From assembly GCA_001179505.1 (NCBI GenBank), contig CDMY01000468.1, forward strand, positions 1 through 64,000: a stretch of 64,000 nt of DNA, written 5' to 3'. The DNA comes from Vitrella brassicaformis CCMP3155. Taxonomy: Eukaryota > Protista > Chromerida. The notes under the pieces were generated by a model that saw nothing but the letters and a program-made list of their open reading frames with translations, was not told the origin of the DNA and did no database searches. Every line of letters begins with the position of its first letter. The stretch's first letter is position 1. The position numbers were made by a program, and so were the translations under genes. This document shows positions 10,404-24,415 of the stretch, piece by piece.

Positions 10404-12738
10404 TCACGTTTTGGGGCCCATATTGGCCGCGATGGCGCGTTCCATATCATCCTGTCTCTTCTTGATTCTCTCGGCATCGCTCTCGACAGCCCGTAGCAGA
10501 ATACGGACAGCGTCGAGCTTCTGCGTCATCTCAGTCTTGAAGCTGGACACCTCAGTTGCTGCTGCGGTAGGGGCTGGCGGAGACGCAGAGTGGGCACGCT
10601 GACCTGATGACAGAGAGAAATGCCGGTGCTTGCATGGCTATATCTGTGTGTGCGTGCCACTGGATGCCTGCCTGTATTGGAGGCGTTGATGCTTGCGATT
10701 TGGGAGTCGATGCGGTTGAGCCTGGCGTTGATCTCGGGGTTGATCGACTTCAGACCCTCCACATCAGAGTGCAGGTCTGCACACAAATCGTGTCTTTAGC
10801 TTAGCACGTTCCCTGCTGTCTCTACCGGCTCAGCTCACTGACCTTCGACCATCTTCCTGACAGCAGTCCATTCAGCATTGCTGCTTCTGGACGACAGGAG
10901 GAGAGTCCTGTCTCGCGCCGTCTCCAAGTTCGTGGGCGCCGCCATTCTTGACTCGAGCTGTCGGCGGTTGTTGAGGGTCCTCAGCTGCGCCCGCATTGAC
11001 TTGACCTCCGCCCGCAATGACGTCAGCAAAGTGGATATGTCTGGACAGACAGATGCAGGCGGGACATCTTGTTTTCTCTCCGTCTCCCTTCCTGTCTGCG
11101 TACCGTGCATCTGCTGCTGCGTGGCCGAACTCTCCCCCCTTATCTGCCATATCTGCGCCTGGATGACAGGAATGGCCTTGACGAGCGTCCCCTTCCCCCT
11201 CCCGCCCACGCCCCCATCATCCCTCTCGTCCTCGATGGTGGTAGTCCTGCTGCTGCCAGCATGATTTCCGCGCCTCTCAGCATCCGACAAATCGACCGTT
11301 GTCGGCCGCGAGAGGGCCCATTCCCTCGGCGACGTTTCTGCGGCCCTCTTGATCAATGAGGAGAGGGGCGGGAGGCAGCGGGGCGAGGTGTGGGTGGGAT
11401 GGTGGGGGGTCATGAGGAGGCTGGCGAGCTCGACCGAGAAATCGTTGACGCGCTTGATGGCCTTCATCGCCGCCGCCTTGGCCGAGTGCACTTCTGGCGG
11501 ATCGAGAGACACGGGCGTGTGTGGTCTGTCTGCCATCTGCATTATAAGTGGATAGTTCTTACCGTCTGTCAGCTGCTGCTGTCTTGTCAGTAGGTCCTTG
11601 TTGCTCTCTAGAAGGCCGTCCACCACACCTCTTAGTTCGGATAAGCTGCACGCCTTATCCGGTGCACCGTCCACCGCCGGCAGCGTTCCGTACGTTTCTG
11701 AAAAAAAAGCCCCATCGTCACCGAATGAACATTGCCCGAGCCTCCCTGCCAACCTGTGCAGGCAGATCTCCTCTGCATCTCTCTCTCCTGGTTCTGGACT
11801 CGTCTCTGCAGTGTATCGACGGTCTTTTCGAGTCTCGCGTAGGACTCCGCTCGTTGCTGATCGAGTGCATGACGGAGACAGGCGACATCAGCAGGGGGCT
11901 CCTTTGCACAAGCAGCGGATTGGGCGTTGTTCGAAGATGCGGCGACACACGGGCTCTCTGAGGAAACAGCGAAGTGACGACTTCTCACGCAGGAGAGTTG
12001 TCGTCTCTCGTGTGCGGCAATACCTTCTAATCGTCTGCTGAGATGGTCGGCCTTCTGTCGTGCTGCATCTGCAATGGATGAAGTCTCCTCCAGTCCGTCG
12101 CGCAGGTCTGTGTCGATCGATGGCAGGACACGAGACAGACAAACGCACCCCTGCTCCGCAAGTCGACATGTCTGCTGCTGCCTTACCCTTGGCCATGTCG
12201 ACGAGCTTGGTGTTCAGCTGTTGCACCTTCTCCTCAATAGCCGACAGACGGCAGTCAGCTGCTTCCGGCGTGGTACTGGAGGGCGAGACAGGGGCGTGGG
12301 CGGCCTGGTATGACGTGAGGAGCTTCTCACACAGCTTGACCACCTCCCGTACTGATACCACACACACACAAGAAAAGGGAAGGGACACTCATGCATGTGG
12401 ACGCTTTGCAATATTCATCGCTCACTCGCTTGTTGGTTCTGCACTATTTTCCTCTCCAGAACGCCAAACTGCCCCTGCCCAGACCCGTGTGAGCCACTCG
12501 ATGTCGCATCGCCATTCGTCGCAACTGCTGCTGCTGCCCTGGCGCCTCTCTCACTCCTGTCGCTTCTGCCGCTCAAGCACGGCTCCCACTGATGGCTCTT
12601 GGGCGTAGCGAGACCGGCCATGAGGGCGGGAGGGGGCACACCTGGTGAGGCCTTGGGGGTGTTCTGCAGTGAAGCGTTCGAGTCATGCCAAGCCTGCGGA
12701 CGCCGGCGCAGCTCCTTCAGACTCTCAACGGCATCCAT
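10404..12738 (-). CDS. Multi-exon coiled-coil hypothetical protein
   Basis: Chain of GC3-rich exon ORFs (12415-12738, 11888-12388, 11632-11988, 10835-11752, 10526-10786) with heptad-like segments; TGA at 10404-10406. Confidence 0.65.
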
Positions 12739-12904
12739 ACCGCAGAAAAGGTGTTGATTCTAATTTCTGAGCTCGCGCTGCCGGTTGAGGCATCGCGAAA
12801 AACGGCCTTTCCGTTGCGAGGGCATCATTGGCATTGCCTTCCCGCCCCGCCCTCTTCACTCTCTCTCACTCATCCGCTCTGCCCTCTCGGCAGATCTGAC
12901 GGCG

Positions 12905-14322
12905 ATGCAGCACCCTCAGCAGCAGACCGACCAGCAGCAGGCCGACCAGCAGCAGGAGCAGCAAAGCCAGAATCAGGAGCAGCATCCCTTCGTGTACATC
13001 TTTCTCGGCCGCCGCACCTTCTACCTTCTCAGCCTCAATGACATCCTGCGGCTGAGGAAGATCTGCAGATGGCTCAAAGAGCTCTTCGGAGCGCTTCAGC
13101 TGCGGCAGCGACTCAGCCATTCGCTCTGCACACAGGCGGGGCCGCGGCGGACTGCCAACGGACAGCAGCTCCTGACATTCGACGAGCAGCAGATGGGTGT
13201 GGGTGACCTGCTGGCGGCGCTGTGTGTGACGGAGGCGGGCGGCTGAAGTGAGATGAGCGAGGTCATTGAGCTGGCGGGGCAGTGCGGCCGCTGCCAGCTG
13301 CCTGTGAGGCTCACGGCGACCGATCTGCACCGATACCCAAACAAGACGGTAAGCCAACCGAGGGAGGGAGGGAGGGAGGGAGGCAGAGACAATGGCTCTC
13401 AATGGGTGTGTGTGTGGTGTGTGCAGGCGTATTTGGCCGATCCCCGTGTGTTGGCTCAGCTCAAGATGGTCGGCCGCCACATCGACTTCGGCAACGGGGT
13501 GACCTTCCAGCTGTTCCACCACGGCAACACACTGCGGGCCGTCAAGGACCAGGACGGCTTCGAGATGGACATCAACCCGCCCCTCCCTGCCAACCACCCC
13601 TACCAGCAGCACCGACAGCAGCACAACCCGCCCGTCCGCAGCAGGATCACATTTGTCCCGGCCTTGGGCTGGCACATGAGTTTGTCCAGGCCTCTGGCCT
13701 ACTCATCTGTGTCGTCGTGTGTCAAGAACATCGTCATCAAACACTTCGAGGTGACTCACCAGATCAACTTCACTAGGCGTACTATCCACAGGTGAGGCGG
13801 GGCATCACTCTGTGTGTACTTTGCCACGACAGACGAGTGTGTATGTTATGTGTGTGTGTGTCAGGCATGTCGACAACAACCGGCTGGACACCCTGCTGAC
13901 ACAGTCCCCCCACACACCAGTCGCCGGATGCACCACCACCACATCATACCGCACCACTGCCGGCTTCACTTCTCGTAGTCTCGTCCTGACCGGCGCAAGC
14001 CACTCGTTCGTGGCATGGATCTACATCGTCGAAGCCTCCTTTTACAACTTCGGTCAGCCCATTCACAACTTCGGTCAGCCCAGCACGGCACAGCGAGGGG
14101 GGGGGAGGGAGGGGGAAAAGCACACACACAAGACACACACAGCACTCACTCTCGTCTGCTGTGCTTTCCTGTCATTCGTTTGCAGTGATTGTGTGGGTCC
14201 ACACGACCGAGCCGGCTGTGTCTGGTGTGGGCGGTGCCTTCAAGGACCGCTTCCCTCAGACGACTCGGCTGGCGCGTGTGGTGCTGGGTACCATCATCTC
14301 AGCCATGGTCTTCGGCCAATAA
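12905..14322 (+). pseudogene. Member of a lineage-expanded (Vitrella-type) hypothetical family with an in-frame TGA at 13244-13246
   Basis: MQHPQQQ...YIFLGRRTFYLLSLNDILRLRKICRW...LCVTEAGG*SEMSEVIELAGQCGRCQLPV; the frame continues after the stop and the gene ends at FKDRFPQTTRLARVVLGTIISAMVFGQ*. Confidence 0.6.
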
Positions 14323-15029
14323 ACAGCTGAGGTGTGCACCAAACACGACTGACACGAGCAGAAGATGCGCACGCACGCACTTCTATATCCTCCGTGTGTC
14401 AGGTTGGGCGGTGGTGTCATGCCGGCCCACAACAGTGCAGACGTGTTGTGATCGGGGTGCATGGGGGTGGGTGGGCGATTGATTTTCGACTGCGTGACTG
14501 CATTGTAACTGTCTGTGCGCGACATATGTGCTGTTGCATGTGTTTCACAGTCGTTGCCCCTTCAGACAGACAGACACAAAGACAGACAGACAGACCGCTC
14601 GTTGTCCACGGGATCGATACGTGTGGATGCATTCATTCACATCTCTTTCTGTCCCGGTGGAGCAGCCAACGCGTGTGTACATGGGTGCGGCTCCCTCTCT
14701 GTATTCATGTGGGCCTTCAGCATGTGTGCGTGTATACATGTGGACTTTGATATGCAGCGAAGCATTCATTCAATCGATTGCCGTGTCGGTCATCAGTGTG
14801 TTTGTCAGTCAGTCAGTCAGTCCATCAGTGCGTCGGCTCCCTCGTCTGTTGGTCAATCATCCCGAGTCTGTCTGTCTGTCTCATCGAGTCCACTCACTCC
14901 ACCTCATTCACCAGCCGCTCGGTCAATTCAGTGGCCTGCTGCCACCACACACACACACACACACACACACACGGTGGATGAATGAGTTGTAATGTCCATT
15001 TGGCTCTTTGTTTGTTTGGCTGACCTCCG

Positions 15030-17860
15030 TGTAGCATTTCGTCCTTCTTGGCCACACGCTGCACGAACTCCGTCAGGACGTCAACCTTGACTGAACCGAC
15101 ACACACACTGCCTGATGTGTCTTTGGATGAGTGGTTGCGATGCACTGCATGCCTTGTTCCTCTGATGTGACGGCGGCCATGAGGTCTGTCAGCTCACTCG
15201 CCGTCACGGGCGGACGCAACTCACTCAAACCCTTCACCAATCCAACACACACACACACACACATCCATCCATCCATCCATCCATGTGTGTGTGTCACAGA
15301 CCTTGGCGAGTTCGTCGATGGAGATTTCGCCCGAGCGGTCGGCGTCGATCGAGTCGAAGAAGACGCGCAGCGCACCTTTCTCGCGCTCGGCTCTGGTCGA
15401 CGGATCTTTACATTTGAAACACACAGAGAGAGAGACAGACAGACAGGCAGGCATCCACACGTGTGTGACGTCAGTGTGTGTGTCTTTGGTGTTGTGCCTT
15501 CATAGTCGAAGAAGGCCATGACGAAGACGGTCTGAAACTCCTGGTTAGTGACCGGACAACGGATGCACTCACGCAAGAGGTGGATGTGTGTCTGTTTGGC
15601 TCACTCTCAGCTCCAGTTTGCCCGATCGGTCGTCGTCGACCGTCTCGAACAGCACACGAGCATAGTACCTGCACACACACACACACAGAGTTGGAGCTGG
15701 TTGTGTGTGTCTTGGTTGGTCACTGACTTGGCGTCTGGCGATGTCTTTGCGAGGCCGAACGACCGCACCGTCTCGTAGAAGCCCTCCAGGTCCATGCCGC
15801 CACTCTCTGCAGCACACACACACACACACACAAAGGGGCCATCCACTGATCCGTCCACCTATTTCTGTGTGTCGGGTGGCTGACCGTCTCGAGTGTCGCT
15901 GAGTGCGGCGAAGGCACTCACCACGGCGTCCTGCACGTCACGCGGCAGACGCTCGAAGTAGCTCACAGCACTGCACACACATTATCAACACACACAAGCA
16001 CACATATTCCCTCTCCCTCTCTCGCTCTGGTGCACTGCAACTGACCGGGCCCGTTTGTTTCGGTCCTCTTTGGCGGCCGTGTTGGCTTTGTTTCGGATGA
16101 AGGCGAGTATCTGTGTCTGCCGGGCGAGCCGCTGCGCGTCGATGTCAGCCATGAGCGTGTCGATGGTGTCTGTGTCGGTGAGGAAGTCCAGCGAGGTGAT
16201 CATCGTGAAGAGCCCCACTGCACTCGCCAGCACCATTGCACTCAGCCCCACCGGCAGAAATGTCAGCGGGTAGGCCCACAGCCCGTTGAACCACCACAGG
16301 CCACGGCTGCCGTGGGACGTGCTGATGACGGCCTTGAGCAGCAGAGCCGTGTAGGCTGACAGCAGGAAGAGCGTCAGCTGGACCAAGAAGGTCGTCGCCT
16401 TGACGGACGCCAGAGGCAAGACGGCCGCCGTCCGGTTGACCTTGCCGCACAGCCAGTGGGAAATGACCGGACGCTCCTCGTCGAGCCGAGACACAAACAC
16501 TGCATCCAACACACCACACAGAGAGAGAGATATGGCTGTGTGAGCATCATCCCTCTGTCTCTCTGTGTGTGTGTGTGTGTCCTTGCCGGTCTGGTCGGGC
16601 TCGGCGACGTCCGAAGTGATCCAGTTCTTGAGACGCGTCTTGTCGGGGCGGTGGTAATACTAACCCAGACAGACAGACAGACAGATGGAGGAGACAACAG
16701 AGAGAGGGGTCATGTGTTGTCCTGTTTGTGTTGTGTTGTGTTGTCTTGTCTTGTGTTGAGTGTGCGCATTATTACGTCGAAGGTGCGGTAGAATGAGAGG
16801 TGGAGGGCCGAGGCGGCCGCCAGCAGCGCAAAGGCCAACACCACCATCAGTGTCACCGACGGAACACCAGACAACTCCTGCACACACACATCCGTCCATC
16901 CGTCCATGTGACGTCAAGTCATGCTGTGTGTGTCGACTTGTGTTGCTGACGAGGAGGGGTCGGGCGGTGATGGCGATAGCGATGACTGTGATGAGCATCG
17001 ATGTCGGCAGCTCGATGAACTCGACGACGGTGTGGCCCACACGAGCTGCACACACACACACACACACACATCCATCCATCCAGCCAGCCCTCCCCCGTCA
17101 GTGTCTGTGTGTGTCTCTGTTGTGCCTCGGAGGTATTGTGAGAATGTGATTTCCTTCTCGTCCGGCGTCTTGACGAAGATGTTGGTGTGTCTGCCGTGGA
17201 ACCGTTCGCGGAGGCCGAAGAAGGAGAGGGCGTTGTCGAGCTCGGCCTCCTGTGTGCCGAAGGTGACTGTCTTGCGGATAGTGAGAGGAAATTCTCGGAG
17301 CCGCTGGGCAGTGCCTGGATCTGCTGGGAGAGGTCGTTGCGGGTGAGGCCAGAGAGGAAGTCCCAGCGGCGGCACGTCAGGTGGCCGACGACCAACAGGA
17401 TGGCCGTGTTGAGAATGAAGAGCGCCATCACGATGAAAATCAGAATGTGCACATCCTCAAACAGCTCCGTCAAGGGCGTGGGCGGCGGGGCCCCTGAAGA
17501 GGACAGACAACACACAGCAGGTGTGTATAGCCATGCGGTGGGTGGACTGACCCACCACACTGACCTGGGTGCACTTGGAGGGCGACCTTCTCCGTCTCGC
17601 TCATTCCCAGGTAACGGTCGTTGAACGCACGAACCACACCGGTCCGAACTGACACAGACGCACACACACGCGATGAATGAGCGTGTCGCTGGGCACCCTC
17701 TGTGTGTGCCGGTGGCCTACCGGCGATGAAGAGTGCGGGAAGGGGTCATGTAGCCCGAGATGTTGACGAACTCTGAAAAGTCATAGATGCACTCGACAGC
17801 AGCGAACTCCAGGCCGACAGGGCGATACAGAGGCCATCTTGCTGCCAGGAGAGGCACCGG
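15030..17860 (-). CDS. Multi-pass membrane protein with C-terminal EF-hands, MLO-like; apparent frameshift near 17285
   Basis: TM segments ELFEDVHILIFIVMALFILN, FSQYLRARVGHTVVEFIELP, FLVQLTLFLLSAYTALL; EF-hand loops DDDRSGKLEL and DADRSGEISIDEL. EF-hands are firm, the MLO assignment is tentative, and the ends are approximate. Confidence 0.65.
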
Positions 17861-18582
17861 GACGAGAAGGACAGCACCGCACAGAAGGCCACTGACTCAT
17901 CCTCGGTGCTTATATTCCAACTTGCAGCGTCATGCCCAGGTCTGATCCTCTCTCAGCCCAACTCAGCCCACTTAGATGGGCTGGCGGCGGGATCTTGATC
18001 TGTCGAGGCCGCCAAATCCAACACATCAGTGACAGTTACTCGAAGGCATAGCTGCTGCTGATAATGCTCGGAGAATGGCATCGATGTCGTCGACGGCCGG
18101 GGAGGCTGAACGGGGCTGCCAAGAGGGGCGAGAGGATGACATGCTGAGATCTCATCGGCCAAGATGAACGATAACCTCTCAGCCGATAATGGCGCTTCTC
18201 ACAGGCACCTCCCGTCGCCAAACACGTGAAAAAAGCCCCCTTCCCCGTTGTCGGTTCGATACTGTTTAAGCTCGCGATCAGAGAGAGAGATTGGAGAGAC
18301 CTGTCTTCCGGAAAGGAGCGAGGCTGTGCAGCATCGAGGGGTGGCCGAGGCGCCGTCTTGTGGTTGCTGCGCCTCATATCGATGAGTTGACTGAGAAGAA
18401 TCGTCGCTTTTGTCCTTCCTGAGGTAGCCAGACAGGGAACAGGCGAATTCGCCATCGGTGCCGCCCTCATGTGCTGTGTGTGTTTGCGCAGGGAGGGACC
18501 GTGAGCATCGGTCAATTAGCTGCGGCCTCAGAGAAGGCATTGGAGTTCTCATCGCAGCCGCTGAGTCAGATCTACAGCAGCA

Positions 18583-20770
18583 ATGGAGGAGGGAGATAGA
18601 CAGGTGAGCGCATCACAGCACCGCTGGCAATGGACGGCCGTGTTTGGGTTGGGTATGTGTGTGCAGGGCAAGAGGACCCGTCACAGTGAGGACGCGCCGG
18701 CTGCGGCTGCGGCTGCATCTGCTGGAGGTGGTGGTGGTGGCGAGAGTGACGAGGTGCGGCAGCGACGGGAGGAGAGGGAAAGGCCCTTGCGCAAGGAGAT
18801 CAGTGACACGGTGAGCCAGCCACCGACGCACTGAGGGCATACACACTGATGGATATCCTCTGCCGTCCCGTGTGCTGTGTGGCTGTACTTCAGGAGGGGC
18901 TTCTCAGCTACATGATGGCCTTCCTGCCCATCAACCTGATGGTGCAGCTGGCCAAGTCCATCTGGCAGCACGCCGCACCCGAGCTCTCGGACGTCACCAT
19001 CAGCTCGGCAACCAAGGAGGAGCGGTCCTTTTGGCAGCACGTCCGTCTCGCCTTCGTCACCCAGCTGGCGGCCCGACTCACCCACCTCACAGCCATCACC
19101 CTCCACTACCCCACCGGCTTTACCGGTGTCTTCTGCTGGTGTTTCGACGTGTTTGTGGCCATCATCGAGGGTCATATCGCTGGCCGACGGGCAGCCGACC
19201 TGGGCGGCGGGACTCTGGAGACAATCACCCTCCAAAGAGGGGTTCGTCTGACCAACACGGAGATGCAGACCCTCTCGAGGACTCGTCCGCCCCTCCCAGC
19301 TCTTCTCGACCCGCCTCCCACCCTCCACGCGCTCACCACCATTGATGGTCTGACCCGCGACCATCACGGGCTGGCCGACCGACGCCGGCGGATGCCCTCA
19401 CTCACCACCGTGCAGCAGCACGAGACATGGGGTGCCGACAGAGTGGGCCGCTTCATCAGCTCGTCCCGCTCACTGCGGCGTGTGGGCGGTAGCCTTAGGG
19501 GGGAGGACTGGGCGGGTGTGTTTGAGGGCATCCCTGCGGCACCTGCTGGGCAGCGGGGAGGGCCACTCGCACAGCTGGAGAGCATCGACACCATCAAGAT
19601 CAGAGGTGACGATGAGGCGGCGGGCATAGATCGGCTTCAGGTGACCACAAAAGACGTTCATGTTCAGCGTCGCGTGTGTGGGTTGGCTCATGATGTTCTT
19701 CCTCTATGTGTTTGTTGTCGCCTTCAGGCTGTGCTCGTGGCGCGTGGCTGTCGACGGTCGCTTAAGCAGCTGCACGTGGAGCTCAGTTCCTTCTACCGCA
19801 TCGGCCGCCGCACCCTGCCCACTCTGCTGGCCGTGGACCGGCTGGTCGGCGCGTGCTGCCGACCGGACGCCCCACTCACGCTGACCGCCATTGGCCATCT
19901 CGAGTTCGACCTCGCCATCTTCTACCAGGCCGACTTCCCCGCCCGCCCCTCACCCTCATTCAAGACCATGATGCAGCAGCTGGCCCGGCAGGCTTGGTGT
20001 GTGCAGTACATCTTCACCCAGGACGGCCTCACCGACCCGTACGACAAGCCGAGCCAATCGGCCATCGAGATGGCCAAGACACTCTCATTCGACAAGGCCA
20101 CGGATGTGCTGGTCATGAACGCCGACGGCTTCGATCCCCCGGCCAATACCGCAGCGCCCCTTCCCGCTATCGTCACACACCTACAGCAATTCCCGAAAGC
20201 CTCACGGCTGTGTGTCGAGAGCGACCTGGGTGGTGCTGCCGGGCGGCTGCTGGCGGCAAAGATGCCCAAGGAGGTGGGGGACGTGGACATCGGCGAGGTG
20301 TCGGGTGATGAGAAGGTGGGCGTGTTGGAGGCACTGGGGAGGGAGAGGGAGGTGGGTTGGATGAATATGGGGGAGTTTGAGGGCGGTGTGGACCAGTTAG
20401 TGGGGGCGGCCAACAGATTGCCTACGATAAAGGCACTAGACTTATTATTCGATGTGACATGTACGCCGAGAGAAGAGGACATTTGTGTCCCTCTGTCCGT
20501 CCTCATTGCTGCCTTGTGTGTGTTCTCTCCCCTTCAGTGCCTGACGATGTGGAGGAGGCGGGCAGCTTCGTCCGCACCGGCTTCTCGTCGGTGGTCTCGC
20601 GCATCAGAGGCCTCCAGCGCGTGTATCTGATAATCCGCAATACCGACTACCAGCAGGGTGCTTCCATCGGCGCCTCCCTCCCTGGCGGCACCAACATCGG
20701 TGCCTTCACAATCACACACGAGCACCGTGGGTCACACTTCACCGTCATGACTGTCAGTCGCAGTGCATGA
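18583..20770 (+). CDS. Member of a large lineage-expanded (Vitrella-type) hypothetical protein family
   Basis: 593-aa ORF core with family-typical segments (EERSFWQHVRLAFVTQLAARLTHLTAITLHYP; PSQSAIEMAKTLSFDKA), three short introns, stop at 20768-20770. Confidence 0.75.
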
Positions 20771-21430
20771 CGGTAAGGGAATGGCACTCATTCACACGGA
20801 GTTCTGATTGCGTGACCATGTTCGTGTCTCCTCTGTGTGTATGCAGATTGGTGGTGGTCTGTCGGGCCGGCTACTGTGTGTGATGGATCATAGCGGACGG
20901 GCAGTGGGGCCGTTCTTAGCTGACGACATTCATTCATTGCATAGCACAGCTGCATATGTGTGTCTGTGTCTGTGTGTGGATGACTGACTGGGTAGCTGTA
21001 CAGATCGGCGGACGACCGGGGGCTGCATGATGCTGACGTGTGAATGACCGTGTTGGCAGAGAGAGGGAACGAACACGCCAGAGGGACAAGTACCGGCAGG
21101 CGCACCACATAGCCATGCCGCATCAATCAAGCACTCCAACCAGCCCATTGCATTCAGTCAATCACTCGTCATGGATGGATGCAAATGTCTCTCGTCCGCT
21201 GGTTCGTTCGTTGGTCTGTCGTAGGAAGGACACCACTTACGCGTACACTCTCAGAACACCACACACACACACACACACAGCGAGAGCCAGCATCCCTCTC
21301 CGCTCTCTCTAAAACACTCACTCTCACATGAGAAGGGAAAAATCTCTCGTGTGAATGCGCACGTCATACGCCCACGCATCACACGCATCACACGCATCCA
21401 TCCATTCGGTATCTACCCTGTGCTGTCTGT

Positions 21431-23719
21431 CTAGGAGGATTCGCTGCCTGAAGCAACGGGAGCCGGCTCTTGGCTGGTTGATGCGGCTGTGGCAGGTTCG
21501 CCCAGCTTGGACTCCTTCTCCTGAAGCTCCTTGGCTGCACACACACACACACACACACACACAGGCAGACAGAAAGAGAGGACGGAGAGACGCATTGATG
21601 GATGGATGGATGGACGCGTGGGCGTGCATTTGCTCACCGCGCGCTTCGAGTTTTTCGGCGAGGTCTTTCTTGCGGCGGATCTCCATCTCTTTGAAGACCT
21701 TCTGGACCTGAGGTCGATCATCAGACAGACAGACAGACAGATGGCACCATGGCACACATCGTGTTTATGGTATGGAGGAGTGGGTGGTTACCTCTCTGAG
21801 CCGTTGCAGGTTGGCCGACCACACCGTGTAATCGGTAAAGCACTTCCTGTGATGTGTCACATCACACACGCACACACTGACTGTGAGCACACAGTCTAAG
21901 TGTGTCTGTCTGTCTGTCTGTCCGTGACGAGCGACTTACTTTGGTCCGCCGAATTTGTAGTTGCAGTCGAGAGCGCTCATCCACTCGGTAACGGACTCTG
22001 ATTGTTCGACGCCATGAGGCACACAGACATGCCATCCATCTCTCTCTCTCTCTCTCCCTCCCTCCCTCTGTGTGTGGCTTTGTGTGTGGCTTTGTGCGCA
22101 CCCTGTGTCACTTCGGTGTTGGCCATCTCCATCATTGTGTACAGGCCCCTAAATGACGCACACACAGACTCAGGTGGGTGGATGCACGGGGCTTGGCTTG
22201 AGTGCGGTAGGTAGAGTCACTTAAGTCACTTACACGCCCCAGACGCGGTTGTACAGCCACAAGGGATTCGCCTTGATCGACTCAATCGTCCCCTGACAAC
22301 ACACACCACACACAACAGACACACACACCGTGTTGTATACTCGTTGTGGGCGGGGTGGATGGAATCACGTCAACTCACTCACCTCAATGCCCTTGTCGCC
22401 AGGCTTGGCCGCATTGAAGGCCGAGAGTATCTCTGAAGAGCCCCCCTTGCCTATCCCACACAAAGAGAGAGGGAGAGACCTTCTGCGTGTATGCGTGCGT
22501 GTGCGCCTGTGTATCGGCACGTGACGTACGTACCTGTGACCCATTCTTTGAGCTTCTGGGCGTCTCCGCGCATCTTACTGGGGTCCTGTCCAGCACATGT
22601 AGGGACACACAGACGAGACGCCCATACACCACCATGAGTCCATGCGGACCTCTGTACACCCGTCCTCCCACCCACTCACTTCATCAACCGCCTTTGCAAG
22701 GCAGTCGAAGAGCCGCTGCTTCTCTGACTCTCCTGGTGGGTAGCCATCCTTCACACACGGACACACAGACACACCGACACAAGCACATGTGTGTATTGGG
22801 CATCTGAGGTGTTGGTTGTGCGAGCGGCCGGGCTTACTGTCAGCCTGTCGAATACTGTCGCGAAGCCCAGTGCAAAGATGGGATCTACACACAGCACGCA
22901 CACACACATAGACGGGCAGACACACAGACGAACACGCACACGAGAGCGCGCCGAAAGGCAGACACAGACATGCGCAGCTATGGAATGAGTGAGTCACTGA
23001 CCGTATGTGAAACGGACGTCGACTTTGGCGAAGTGCGCTGCAGTGAGGAGCTCGTCGACCACACGGCGGTAGGGCTCCATGATGGGAATGGCGCCCCACA
23101 AAGAGTAAAAGGCTGCACACATATATGGAGAGAAAGAATCGACATTTGTAAGTTCTTCAGCGCAGTGAATCTCTTTCCCTCTCTGTTTGTTCGTCTATCT
23201 GTCTGTCTGTCTGTCTGTCTGTCTGACGAGGCTGCGCGCACCTCTCGTCGAGTCAGAGAGGGTCTTGGCCTGAACGTCGACGAACACGCACACACACATG
23301 ACATGTGCTCTCCCTCCCTGTGTATGTTGTCATGTCGATGTGCGCAGGGATTGTTTACCTTGGTGGCCGCCCCTGCCTGGTTCTTGAGCACCTGTGTTGA
23401 GCAGTCAGGTACACACACACGATTGTGTCATAACATAAGACAGATCTGACGGGCAGTGGGTGCATCCATGACCTGCAGATCGATGTCCTTTTCTGCGAGC
23501 ATTGTCACTGCCTGCGCACGCACCAACACACACGCACAATAGGAGCCTCTATTCTCCTTTGTCTGCACGCACCTGCTGCCTCCTAAGACTGCTCCCCCTG
23601 TGTGTGTGAGGGCTGACGGTCCTCATCCCACTGTGATAAGGCGATGTGCCCGTGATGAGCGCATGGGCAAGCCGCGTCCACGCGCACACAGCCATCAGTA
23701 CTAGAAGGGCTTGCTTCAT
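21431..23719 (-). CDS. THF1: Thylakoid formation protein THF1/Psb29 with bipartite plastid leader, about 14 exons
   Basis: Spliced product KTLSDSTRAFYSLWGAIPIMEPYRRVVDELL...YDPIFALGFATVFDRLTDGYPP...DPSKMRGDAQKLKEW...LYNRVWGVGLYTMME matches Psb29; leader MKQALLVLMAVCAWTRLAHA from ATG 23719. Confidence 0.92.
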
Positions 23720-24380
23720 TTCGCAGACAGAGGAAGATCTGCCTCAGATCGACCTGCCTGAGTGCGCCCTTTGCACAGCAGGGAACACGCAAAGGAGATG
23801 CAGGCAAGATCTGTCTGAGAGAGATGCGAGCTGTAGTCTGATCTCGCAAAGGAGACCGAATGAGGAGAAGGAAATGGTGGCGCCGTTACTGCCATTGACG
23901 TGAGGCAGTGTCTACGCGACAACAGCTTCCTTGCCAACACATGATGATGATGATGCTGGCGTGCTGCTGCTAGTGCTGTTGCTTGGATCACATGATGCTG
24001 CTGGTATGTAAGCAAAGCACTGGGGTAGGCTTCGCTTCGTGTGCTTCGATGGCCTGCCTGCTGTGTGCTGCTGTGCGTGTCACCCACAGGTGTCGATTGA
24101 TTGATTTGATTGACTGCCTGTCTGTCTGTCTGACTGCCTGTCTGCCTGTCTGTCACACTGACTGACCGCATCAGGTAGACTGACTACGATGGGTGTGTGA
24201 GCATACAGATGATTGATTGAGTCCATGTGTGCCTTTATCAGATTGATTCATTGATTGGGTTGATTCACACCGACACATACCATCCGTATGGCTGACAGCC
24301 GCCCGCCGGTATAGAGTCCAGTCACGCCGACACGCAAACAAAGCAGTGCATGGTCGCACGCACGCCCTCTGCTGCGTACT

Positions 24381-24399
<19 letters not shown>

Positions 24400-24415
<16 letters not shown>

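Noticed and set aside
14045-14081. Tandem 16-bp duplication caacttcggtcagccc
   Set aside because: Local slippage at an exon end in a gene that is probably already a pseudogene; no wider significance.
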